A stretch of DNA of 58,296 nucleotides from the IMG/VR virus record IMGVR_UViG_3300029240_000011. One strand, 5' to 3'. Made by a program: the position numbers and the translations under genes. How positions within the stretch are numbered: position 1 is the stretch's first letter; every line of letters begins with the position of its first letter. Shown here one piece after another: positions 34,377-41,918 of this stretch. The notes under the pieces were generated by a model that saw nothing but the letters and a program-made list of their open reading frames with translations, did no database searches and was not told where the DNA came from. The stretch comes from a virus.

Positions 34377-34945
34377 GGCTGGGCCTCCTCTTTCAGGCGA
34401 ACCGGCATAACCATCTTAATGTCCTCCTTGTTGGTGCGGAGAAGAATAGGCTCTACATTACTGCGAAACTCCAAAATAACGGGCTGTCTGAAGCTCTCTC
34501 CAGCAGATACTTTTGCTGCCTGCAAAGCTGCCAGAAGGTAATTTCCATTGAAGCCAATCCGGTATTTTACCTCACTTGTCGGAATCGCCTTTTCCCACTC
34601 AAATCCGCTGTCTTGTGGCTGGGTATATCCGAACGAGAATCCACAGCATCGAATTACAGCCTCTTTTCCGTCCTCGGTCAGAGAGATGGTTGCATACTGT
34701 TTGCTCGGAAGTTTGGTATTGCTCTTGATGAACGCCACAAAATCCTCGTCGCAATCGCTGATAATGGAATGTTCCACAGACATCCGATATCCGTCAACAG
34801 CCATAGCCACAACTTGACTGTCTGCCGCATGAAACTCCAGCTTTATGTATTGGTTGCAAGGGCGGTGGTCACTATTACCCACAAAAGACTTGGTGGCCGC
34901 AATCAGGCGGTTCAAGTCGTTAGTGTAAATCTTTGCCGACTTCAT
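34373..34945 (-). CDS. DNA polymerase III beta-clamp-like protein (short form)
   Basis: IGFNGNYLLAALQAAK and C-terminal VMPVRL resemble DnaN domain III. Confidence 0.55.
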   Translation of the reverse strand: MKSAKIYTNDLNRLIAATKSFVGNSDHRPCNQYIKLEFHAADSQVVAMAVDGYRMSVEHSIISDCDEDFVAFIKSNTKLPSKQYATISLTEDGKEAVIRCCGFSFGYTQPQDSGFEWEKAIPTSEVKYRIGFNGNYLLAALQAAKVSAGESFRQPVILEFRSNVEPILLRTNKEDIKMVMPVRLKEEAQP

Positions 34946-35252
34946 GTGTTTTCCTCCATTTTTTAATCTCTTCCGCGCTCAGAATCAGCGCACGGGTGTT
35001 CCATTCCTCAATAGCTGCTCTGTCTACATCTTGCCACCGTTCCATTGGAAGCTGCCTATGCGTAACAGTCCGGACTCCACATTTTTTGCATTGCACTACC
35101 GCTTGTCGGCAATGCGCGATCTGACGGCTTGGAAACCCCTTCTTGAACTTAGCTTCGCTGCCACAGCACGGACACGGCACCAGCACCCCCGCCTTCGTCA
35201 GCCGCTTCGCCGCCTCGTGGTCACCCAGAAGGGCGCGCTTTATGTCATCCAT
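34920..35252 (-). CDS. Lar-family restriction-alleviation-like protein
   Basis: CPCCGSEAKF...CKKCG...AIEEWNTR. GGGGAGG SD before ATG 35252. Confidence 0.6.
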   Translation of the reverse strand: MDDIKRALLGDHEAAKRLTKAGVLVPCPCCGSEAKFKKGFPSRQIAHCRQAVVQCKKCGVRTVTHRQLPMERWQDVDRAAIEEWNTRALILSAEEIKKWRKTHEVGKDLH

Positions 35253-35844
35253 TGCAAATTCCTCCCCATTGTTCTGCCATCGCCTGCGCCAATCCATGGA
35301 ATGTCTTAGCCCTATTTTTCTGCCGGTCTTTTCCGCCCTTCATGAACCATGTCCCGGCCTCATGGCATCCGCATTTCGGGTCTACTATGTTTGTCGGTTC
35401 CAGTGGTGGCAGTCCTCTAAGCCACAGGCGAGTCTTTTTCTGGACCGGGTGTCCGAACATCCACGGCTGTACCTCCTGGGTGTGTGGCGGCATTTCGTAA
35501 ATTCTGCTGGATACTGGGTTCTCCACGCATATGTGCGGACAGTCCGCATTAAGGAATTTCAAGAAAAACTCCTTTGCTTCCAGACCCATATGGTATCGTT
35601 CCTGGTTGAGAACGCCCCCCCTGAACAGGTGCTTTGCTCCGGCGTTTGACAGGTATGTACAGGGCGGAAACGCCAGAATCATATCCCACCGCAGCTTCAG
35701 CATTTCCAGCGCATCACATTGGAGATGCCATTCCGGATGCCCGCCGCTACACGGCTCAATGTCACAACTGTACGCCTCATGGCCCAACGCGCGGAATGCT
35801 TTGCAGACCTCCTGCGATTCTTCGCAGGCAACTAAAACTCTCAT
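35245..35844 (-). CDS. short DNA cytosine-methyltransferase-like protein
   Basis: VLVACEESQEVCKAFRALGHEAYSCDI...ILAFPPCTYLSNAG pattern. Confidence 0.55.
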   Translation of the reverse strand: MRVLVACEESQEVCKAFRALGHEAYSCDIEPCSGGHPEWHLQCDALEMLKLRWDMILAFPPCTYLSNAGAKHLFRGGVLNQERYHMGLEAKEFFLKFLNADCPHICVENPVSSRIYEMPPHTQEVQPWMFGHPVQKKTRLWLRGLPPLEPTNIVDPKCGCHEAGTWFMKGGKDRQKNRAKTFHGLAQAMAEQWGGICNG

Positions 35845-35854
35845 GTTTCTCCCC

Positions 35855-36082
35855 TCACCAATACCGCGTCTTGCTCTTGAGGCCGTTCACATACTTCGCT
35901 TTTTTCCTGACTTTGTTGAAATGGTCCGCATAGTACCGATCATGGCGGGCAAGGGACGCTTGGATCTGCAGTTCATTCCTTTTCGTCAACGCATCCCGCT
36001 CCAACCGGTATTCCGGGCATGCGCTATGACATCCCACCGAACGTTTTTCACAGCCTTTGCAGCAGTTGATTTTTATCCATAC
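35855..36082 (-). other. start-less 75-codon Cys-rich ORF in frame with the methylase gene, directly after its TGA stop
   Basis: TGA then VWIKINCCKGCEKRSVGCHSACPEYRLERDAL...TRYW. The nearest ATG (36080) is in the adjacent frame and is separated from the long frame by an A5 run. Confidence 0.45.
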
Positions 36083-36856
36083 TCATAATTCGATCTCCAT
36101 CTGCATTTTCTCTTCAAACAGCGGAGCAAGCATCTGTTTCTTTGCCGAATCGTAAAATTTTTTATCCACTTCAAACCCATAAGAATTTCGCCCCAATTCA
36201 TAAGCAGCCCGAAGTGTAGAGCCGCTCCCAGCGCATGGGTCAATCACTATATCTCCCAAATCTGTAAAAACTTCGATTAACCGCTTCAGCAATCCAACAG
36301 GCTTTTGGGTCGGATGGATTTTTGGGTAATCCCCGGAACTGTCCCTGCGCCATTCAAACCAATTGAATACCATATGTCCGTTATTACGGAATTTCGGAAG
36401 TTTGTTTCGATACAACACTACGGCAAACTCTGTGGCGCCAACGATCTTCATATTGGCTTTCAACACCTGCGAGGAGTAATTCTTGACAAAGAACAGAGGG
36501 TAGTTATGTAAAAAGCCATATCGCTTCCCGTAGTCAATCACCGTCTGCATCTGTTCAAATGCACAGAATACAATCATGGCCGGGGCTTGACCTTTTTCTT
36601 GTGGTTCTTTTTTCAAAAGTCGGTTACAGAAATGCATATATTCCGCAATTTTGAAATTTCCATCCGTGTGGAAGAAACTCTGCTTTGCCAGTTTGCTTTC
36701 CCCGTTTTTGTTATCTCCACCCTTATACCACATAGGGTTACTGGCATAGGCATTCGATCCGATGTTATACGGAATATCTGCAATCACCAGCTGCGCTTTG
36801 GGGATCCCATATCGCTTAAAATTCTGAAAATTATCATGATATAACTCACATTTCAC
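36083..36856 (-). CDS. DNA N6-adenine/N4-cytosine methyltransferase (beta class)
   Basis: VIADIPYNIG (DPPY-type) and IDPCAGSGSTLRAA (AdoMet motif). AAGGAG lies 9 nt before GTG 36856. Confidence 0.8.
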   Translation of the reverse strand: MKCELYHDNFQNFKRYGIPKAQLVIADIPYNIGSNAYASNPMWYKGGDNKNGESKLAKQSFFHTDGNFKIAEYMHFCNRLLKKEPQEKGQAPAMIVFCAFEQMQTVIDYGKRYGFLHNYPLFFVKNYSSQVLKANMKIVGATEFAVVLYRNKLPKFRNNGHMVFNWFEWRRDSSGDYPKIHPTQKPVGLLKRLIEVFTDLGDIVIDPCAGSGSTLRAAYELGRNSYGFEVDKKFYDSAKKQMLAPLFEEKMQMEIEL

Positions 36857-37106
36857 AAAGCTTATCTCCTTTTCTACACATTCTCCTTTTTGTATCGATG
36901 CAATTTGTGCATTCATCCTTTTTACACTGCAAGCACATGCGGATCTGCTTCGGCGTATCGTACAAAACCGCCTTTTCTTTTAGCCAAATGCCGTCAGCTT
37001 TCAAGATACGACGCACCGTCTCGGCAGAACACCCCAAAACAGCGCCAATCTCCGCGGTGCTTTCATGTCGAAGGTAACGCTTCGCGATCTCACTTCTCTC
37101 CGACAT
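36846..37106 (-). CDS. small HTH (sigma region-4-like) protein with Cys-rich tail
   Basis: SEIAKRYLRHESTAEIGAVLGCSAETVRRILK. Confidence 0.5.
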   Translation of the reverse strand: MSERSEIAKRYLRHESTAEIGAVLGCSAETVRRILKADGIWLKEKAVLYDTPKQIRMCLQCKKDECTNCIDTKRRMCRKGDKLCEM

Positions 37107-37440
37107 CGTCAGTTCCTGCCTTTTCATTGCACTCAAACTCCCTGTACAAGCGGAACCAATCCTCTGCACGCATTGTGACAAGCCAATCGTGGTGGTTCCT
37201 ACGATGTGCTACGATTGGAATTTCTCCTGCGCAGTCATGCACTGCCTGACATACTGCGTCTTCAAGGTTCAGACGCTCTACACGTTTCACTTCCTGATGG
37301 ATTCCCGGAAGGCCAACCACATCTGAAGCTTCCCCGGTATTGCCGCAGTATTGGGCCGTTCTGCGGCACACATATCCATGTTCTCTGCAAAACCTCGCCC
37401 ATTCCAGCTCGCCGCGCTTTCCTTTTTGCCTGCTGTTCAA
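37090..37440 (-). CDS. PD-(D/E)xK Holliday-junction-resolvase-like nuclease (Hjc-like)
   Basis: KGKRGELEW...ASDVVG...HQEVK motifs. The in-frame start is TTG 37440 with a distant SD. A well-spaced SD-ATG at 37447 is one base out of frame. Confidence 0.6.
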   Translation of the reverse strand: MNSRQKGKRGELEWARFCREHGYVCRRTAQYCGNTGEASDVVGLPGIHQEVKRVERLNLEDAVCQAVHDCAGEIPIVAHRRNHHDWLVTMRAEDWFRLYREFECNEKAGTDDVGEK

Positions 37441-37480
37441 ATGGCATCTTCACCTCCTGCAAGATAGGCGTCCATCCCTG

Positions 37481-38743
37481 TCATGTCATCATCTCCCACG
37501 AATATTGTTTTGCCGGGCTTTTGCCCGCCTGATAGAGCCGCTTTGACGGCTCGTTATATTCCAGCCCAATCCGAGCCCTTGCGCCGAATTCACGGTTTTT
37601 CAAGATCGTCAGCAGGGAGGAATAGCCCGCCTCCCCTACTTTGTCCTCTGGGACGCGCTCGACCTTGAACACGTTGTCTGCGCGGTTCGTAATATCGCTG
37701 GATCCGCCAATATCGTCTGCCTCCAGCGGCTTATCCCCGGTCTTGCGGGGGTGCGCCACCAGATGCACATGCACGTCAAGGCGTTTTGCAAAGGCCACCA
37801 GCCGCCCGGTAAAGGACGATTGCGCCCGCCAGAACCCAAGCTGCGCCTCGTCTTTCAGCTCTGCGGTCATGATGTTGTCCACAAGGAACACATCGCATCC
37901 GTACCGGCGATAAGCGTACTCGAAGATCTTCATGATATTTGCCTCGTCGTGCGCATCTTTGCGCTGGATATCGGTCAGAAATAATCTCCCGTCCCACCAT
38001 GCGTTGATCGCAGGGAGCACGGATGGAGCAATGTCATAAAACACTCTTCCGCTCACAGCGTCTTCCCGGCGCTTCACATGCAGATATCCGGCCGCCTGCT
38101 GCAGCAGGCCCATTTTGAAATCCTCCTTCGGGAGTTCTCCGGAATAGGCACATACCTTCCGCCCCTGATTCACCGCATCCAGCAGGATCTGGCCCAGCAA
38201 TGTGCTTTTCCCTTCGCCCCGTTTCCCCGTCCAGACCGACAGAGCGCCCCCGCTGAATCCCCCGATGGCTTTGTCCAGCTCCGGGATCCCGGACACCACG
38301 CGCCTGGCGTTTTTCCGTTTCGTTGTATCCACATCGGCAAGGTTCAACAGACCCTGCACCGGCAGCTCTTCGGCTTCCATCAGCAGCTTGTCCATCGCCT
38401 TGAAACGCCCATTGTCCCACAGCTCTTTCAGCGTGGCGCAGCCCCGGAACGCCTTCGGCTTCGGGACCATAACCGGAGTAAAAAACCGGTTCTGCAGCTC
38501 CTCCGCAATCTCCTCCTGCTTCGGCCCAGGAGGGACGGCCAGCAGTATGTACGGGAACTGTTCCACCCATTCCTTCCACGGCTCCAGATCCGACCATTTT
38601 GCCAGAAGGGACAGGCACACCGCGTTCGTCCCAACCGCCTGCGCATCCTCCGCGGTGGCACACCACCACAGGCCGGTGGATGCAGAAGGATCCATCATCT
38701 CCGGGCGGAATACCAGAGCGCCGTCAGAGTTTCCAGTAATCAT
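37481..38743 (-). CDS. DnaB/gp4-like replicative helicase with Toprim-like N-terminal region
   Basis: Walker A GKRGEGKST. VFLVDNIM. HVHLVAHPRK. GSSDITNRADNVF. Confidence 0.75.
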   Translation of the reverse strand: MITGNSDGALVFRPEMMDPSASTGLWWCATAEDAQAVGTNAVCLSLLAKWSDLEPWKEWVEQFPYILLAVPPGPKQEEIAEELQNRFFTPVMVPKPKAFRGCATLKELWDNGRFKAMDKLLMEAEELPVQGLLNLADVDTTKRKNARRVVSGIPELDKAIGGFSGGALSVWTGKRGEGKSTLLGQILLDAVNQGRKVCAYSGELPKEDFKMGLLQQAAGYLHVKRREDAVSGRVFYDIAPSVLPAINAWWDGRLFLTDIQRKDAHDEANIMKIFEYAYRRYGCDVFLVDNIMTAELKDEAQLGFWRAQSSFTGRLVAFAKRLDVHVHLVAHPRKTGDKPLEADDIGGSSDITNRADNVFKVERVPEDKVGEAGYSSLLTILKNREFGARARIGLEYNEPSKRLYQAGKSPAKQYSWEMMT

Positions 38744-39440
38744 CGTTGCTCACGCCTTTCATTTCTCCCTTGATTCGGTCAAAGAACAGTCCCTGATAGT
38801 TGCTGGCGATGCAGTCCAGAATGCAGTTCGCTGCTGCCTTATCTCCGTAAGAAGACGCCGCTTTCCGGATTTTGTTCTGCAGCGCTGCCAGCCCGCGGGG
38901 CTTGTATTCTTGCTTCCGTTCGTGTTTATAAGCCAGCCATTCCTCAAACGCCGACTGAAGCACGGCGCTGAATCCGGTTTCTTCCTGCGTCGGGATAGGG
39001 GGCGTCTTTCTTTTTACCCCCGTAGGGGGTTTTTCTTTCTGGGGGGTTGTCTTAGTCTTAGTCTTATTATGGGGTACCATTTGCGACCCGTTTTCGACCC
39101 CACATTCGACCCCACATTCGGCCCCACATTCGACCCCAAAAACGGACCAGAAACACTGATCTAATTGTATGAGTTTGAACTGTGACGGGGTGCCTTTTTT
39201 CCCTTTGCGGTACTCGATGAAGCCGCCGGACACAAGCGCGTCCCTTGCCCGCCATAATGTATCTTTCTTTGCGACCTGTACCATGCCCATAAGCCGGAAG
39301 TTATCTACTGAGACCCACTCAGGCCACCCGCACACGTTGAATACATCAAGGAGTTTGAAGTACAGCAACTGTGCGGTGGGGGATAAGTGACCATGTTCGA
39401 CACGCCGGTTGAACGCGTTCAGGTAGTCAATATAAGTCAA
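38724..39440 (-). CDS. replication initiator / replisome-organizer-like protein
   Basis: N-terminal wHTH-like region. Internal iterons. Lies upstream of the helicase. TTG start. Confidence 0.6.
   Translation of the reverse strand: MTYIDYLNAFNRRVEHGHLSPTAQLLYFKLLDVFNVCGWPEWVSVDNFRLMGMVQVAKKDTLWRARDALVSGGFIEYRKGKKGTPSQFKLIQLDQCFWSVFGVECGAECGVECGVENGSQMVPHNKTKTKTTPQKEKPPTGVKRKTPPIPTQEETGFSAVLQSAFEEWLAYKHERKQEYKPRGLAALQNKIRKAASSYGDKAAANCILDCIASNYQGLFFDRIKGEMKGVSNDDYWKL
39093..39140. repeat. 4 x 12-bp direct repeats (TTCGACCCCACA), plus a degenerate fifth copy at 39081; putative origin iterons
   Basis: Read directly. Located inside the initiator gene. Confidence 0.7.
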
Positions 39441-39463
39441 TTTCGCTCACTCACTTCCCGTTT

Positions 39464-39904
39464 TTAGAACGGAAGTTCTCCGTCTCCTGAATCATCCATA
39501 GGGATGATTCCGCTGCCTGTTTCACTGCCAGATACACTGTCGGAAACACTGCTGTTATGCAATCCGTTTTGGCCGGATTCTTCTCCGCGGTCGCCAAAAT
39601 AAACGCTGCTTGCAATGACCTCTGCGGACACTCGTTTGTTTCCTTCCTTGTCCGTCCACTCGCGCATCTGCAGGCGGCCGTCCACAACTGCCATACGGCC
39701 CTTTGCAAAATATCGGCTGACGAACTCTGCCGTCGCGCGCCAGGCCACTACATCGACCCAGTCAATACTCCTCTGGCCTGTCTGCGTGTCCTTGAAATCC
39801 CGCTCCACTGCCAGCCGAAACGACGCCACCGGAACGCCGGCCTGTGTTCTGCGCAGCTCCGGGTCTTTCGCCAATCGGCCCATGATCGTAATATGATTCA
39901 GCAT
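39464..39904 (-). CDS. ssb: single-stranded DNA-binding protein
   Basis: MLNHITIMGRLAKDPELRRTQAGVPVASFRLAV... OB-fold pattern and acidic DDSGDGELPF tail. Confidence 0.9.
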   Translation of the reverse strand: MLNHITIMGRLAKDPELRRTQAGVPVASFRLAVERDFKDTQTGQRSIDWVDVVAWRATAEFVSRYFAKGRMAVVDGRLQMREWTDKEGNKRVSAEVIASSVYFGDRGEESGQNGLHNSSVSDSVSGSETGSGIIPMDDSGDGELPF

Positions 39905-40231
39905 TCAAAGATAACTCCTTCCAAAAATCCGGATAAATTCATCGATATCCCATTTATATTTCTTCATAGCAGCCATCTGCGCCTCCCGTTGGAGCGGGAC
40001 ACGAAGGCTTGCCCCTTTATGTACTCCGTTCAGGTGACAGCGGTCATGGCATAGCAGAACCCATAACCCATAGCGCTTGCTTTTCGCCCTGTCAGGGCCG
40101 CCGAATACCTCGTGGCGGTCTAACTTATCCATCGATCCGTTGCGACCGCACAGGTGACAGCAGGAGCCTTCCTGAAGGATAGACTTGGCATAGCCATTGC
40201 CGTCCAGCTTCATGTTGTATTCATTGCGCAT
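39905..40231 (-). CDS. HNH-like nuclease (Ref / RecA-dependent-nuclease-like pattern)
   Basis: CHLCG...LDRHEVFGG...LLCHDRCH. Confidence 0.4.
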   Translation of the reverse strand: MRNEYNMKLDGNGYAKSILQEGSCCHLCGRNGSMDKLDRHEVFGGPDRAKSKRYGLWVLLCHDRCHLNGVHKGASLRVPLQREAQMAAMKKYKWDIDEFIRIFGRSYL

Positions 40232-40232
40232 T

Positions 40233-40769
40233 TCACTTCCCCCATTCTTCTTTCAGCAGCGCGATCTTATCCGGCGGCATGGTTTCCACACCAACAGCCC
40301 TGCAGTCCTGGATGCAATTGTCGATCAGATGCGACATCTGCTGCTTGTCAAAATCGCTGCTTCCATAATAGGCCAACACTGTAACACAACCGGGGAGTTT
40401 GGATGCCCTCGTCTCCACCATGCGCCCAAGATGCCTGCTGCACCAGCGTTCCTTGAAGGATTCAAGCGCTCCTTTCTGCATACACAGCGTTTCGTAGTTT
40501 CCGATATCTTTGATATGGCTTCGGTAAATCGCTTCTGGTTTCTCATGAACAGCCTTTGACAGCTCCCCTACCAGACTCCAGTAAAGGCCGTTAGCATCCA
40601 GACTCCGTTTGTCTTTATGCGCCTTGATCTCCACATCGTAGACGATGCCGGGCTTGTCCTGCGCCATACAGAACCGCCGGGCTGCAGCGGGGTCTGTCAC
40701 TTTCAGGCACAGCCATACCGCGCCGTCCTCGCTGCTGATTTTTTCGTCGGTGACGGTTAGAATCATCAT
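40233..40769 (-). CDS. NinB/Orf-like recombination mediator
   Basis: KDKRSLDANGLYWSLVGELS resembles lambda Orf RSLDQNRKLWACLGDVS. ATGA overlap with ERF. Confidence 0.55.
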   Translation of the reverse strand: MMILTVTDEKISSEDGAVWLCLKVTDPAAARRFCMAQDKPGIVYDVEIKAHKDKRSLDANGLYWSLVGELSKAVHEKPEAIYRSHIKDIGNYETLCMQKGALESFKERWCSRHLGRMVETRASKLPGCVTVLAYYGSSDFDKQQMSHLIDNCIQDCRAVGVETMPPDKIALLKEEWGK

Positions 40770-41353
40770 TGCACGCTCTCCGCTGCAAAAGCTTTCCGCT
40801 GGCAATCTGGGCAAAGAGCACGCCCGAAACGCCGCGCAGAGTATGCAGCAATGTCTTTTGCTGCCCACAGACTTCCGTCTTTCTTTGCCGCGTTCCGGAT
40901 CTCCACACCACAATCTTTACAGAGTGTGGGGGATGTCCTTTGCGGTTTCTGTGTAGCAGCGCCGGTGTTCGTTGCATCGCTGTCCTTCGTGTCATCAATG
41001 GCAAACAAGCCGTTGAGGGCATATTTCCGGGCGTAAGAGCTGGCTGCTCCGGACACCTGCGCAGCGTCCATTCCCTTTTTGCTGTCCTCTTCCCGTGCCT
41101 GAGAAGTCACGCTGATCTTCTCCCCGGTTTCCGCATCCATCAGCGTAGCGGTAGCAATGATGTAGTACCGCTCACCAACCAGCTCCACTCGGTCTGTAAT
41201 CGTCAGAACAGCCTTAACCTTTCCTGCCAGCGGCTTCACCGCCTCTACGATGTCCTCGCAGCTGCGGTAGCTGTACTTGCCAAACGCATTGTACTGCCCT
41301 TTCGGCGCTTTTAGTTCCTGCTGAATGGACATCAGTTTTTCATAGACCGCCAT
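40766..41353 (-). CDS. ERF-family single-strand annealing protein
   Basis: IQQELKAPKGQYNAFGKYSYRSCEDIVEAVKP...ASSYARKYALNGLF. Confidence 0.75.
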   Translation of the reverse strand: MAVYEKLMSIQQELKAPKGQYNAFGKYSYRSCEDIVEAVKPLAGKVKAVLTITDRVELVGERYYIIATATLMDAETGEKISVTSQAREEDSKKGMDAAQVSGAASSYARKYALNGLFAIDDTKDSDATNTGAATQKPQRTSPTLCKDCGVEIRNAAKKDGSLWAAKDIAAYSARRFGRALCPDCQRKAFAAESVQ

Positions 41354-41576
41354 TGTTTTCTTCCTCTCCGATAAAATTCAGCGGGCAATGCTGGCCCACA
41401 TAGTGTTCCGGGTACGCCACCAGCGCGCCATTGAGCGCACAGACACGGCTTTGCCTGCGTAGATACGGGCATTGGGTGCAGCATATAGCTGCGTTCCCCT
41501 TATAATCTACCGGGAAAGATACGATGACCGTTGCCGAAGCTTTAATATAGCTGCGCACACCGCTTTCAAATTCCAT
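41340..41576 (-). CDS. hypothetical Cys-containing protein (78 aa)
   Basis: Track ORF. Confidence 0.5.
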   Translation of the reverse strand: MEFESGVRSYIKASATVIVSFPVDYKGNAAICCTQCPYLRRQSRVCALNGALVAYPEHYVGQHCPLNFIGEEENNGGL

Positions 41577-41578
41577 TG

Positions 41579-41734
41579 TTACACCTCATCAAAATACAGG
41601 ATTTCCTCAAAGTCCGTATCCCCGCAGCGCGGGCATACCGCCCAGCGCTCACCCGGAGCCGATGCATCGCCGTGGTATTCTATGTAATATTCCGGGGCGT
41701 CAAATTCTTCCCCACACTCATTGCAGCGGAACAT
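41579..41734 (-). CDS. zinc-ribbon protein (51 aa)
   Basis: MFRCNECGEEF...CPRCG. Confidence 0.5.
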   Translation of the reverse strand: MFRCNECGEEFDAPEYYIEYHGDASAPGERWAVCPRCGDTDFEEILYFDEV

Positions 41735-41885
41735 TCTGCTCTTCCCGTTCCCTGGACTCGCTGTACTCTGCCAGGTGCCGATCACTTAACAGAACCTCCA
41801 GAATTTCCAGTTTGTCATACGCCGTCAGATGGCCTGCATTGATCACAGAAACTGCCGCTTCCCGATAGATTTTACTTTTTCGCAT
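41718..41885 (-). CDS. small hypothetical protein (55 aa; not in the ORF track)
   Basis: Own translation: MRKSKIYREAAVSVINAGHLTAYDKLEILEVLLSDRHLAEYSE... Confidence 0.45.
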   Translation of the reverse strand: MRKSKIYREAAVSVINAGHLTAYDKLEILEVLLSDRHLAEYSESREREEQNVPLQ

Positions 41886-41918
41886 GGTTCTCTTCCCCTT
41901 TCTTTAAAATGACTGGAA

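Noticed and set aside
37636-39164. Alternate-frame ORFs in the helicase and initiator genes (38034..38669, 38078..38773, 38202..39164).
   Set aside because: These are frames left open by G+C-rich sequence. The translated products are R/G/P/A-rich, while the helicase frame carries Walker motifs.
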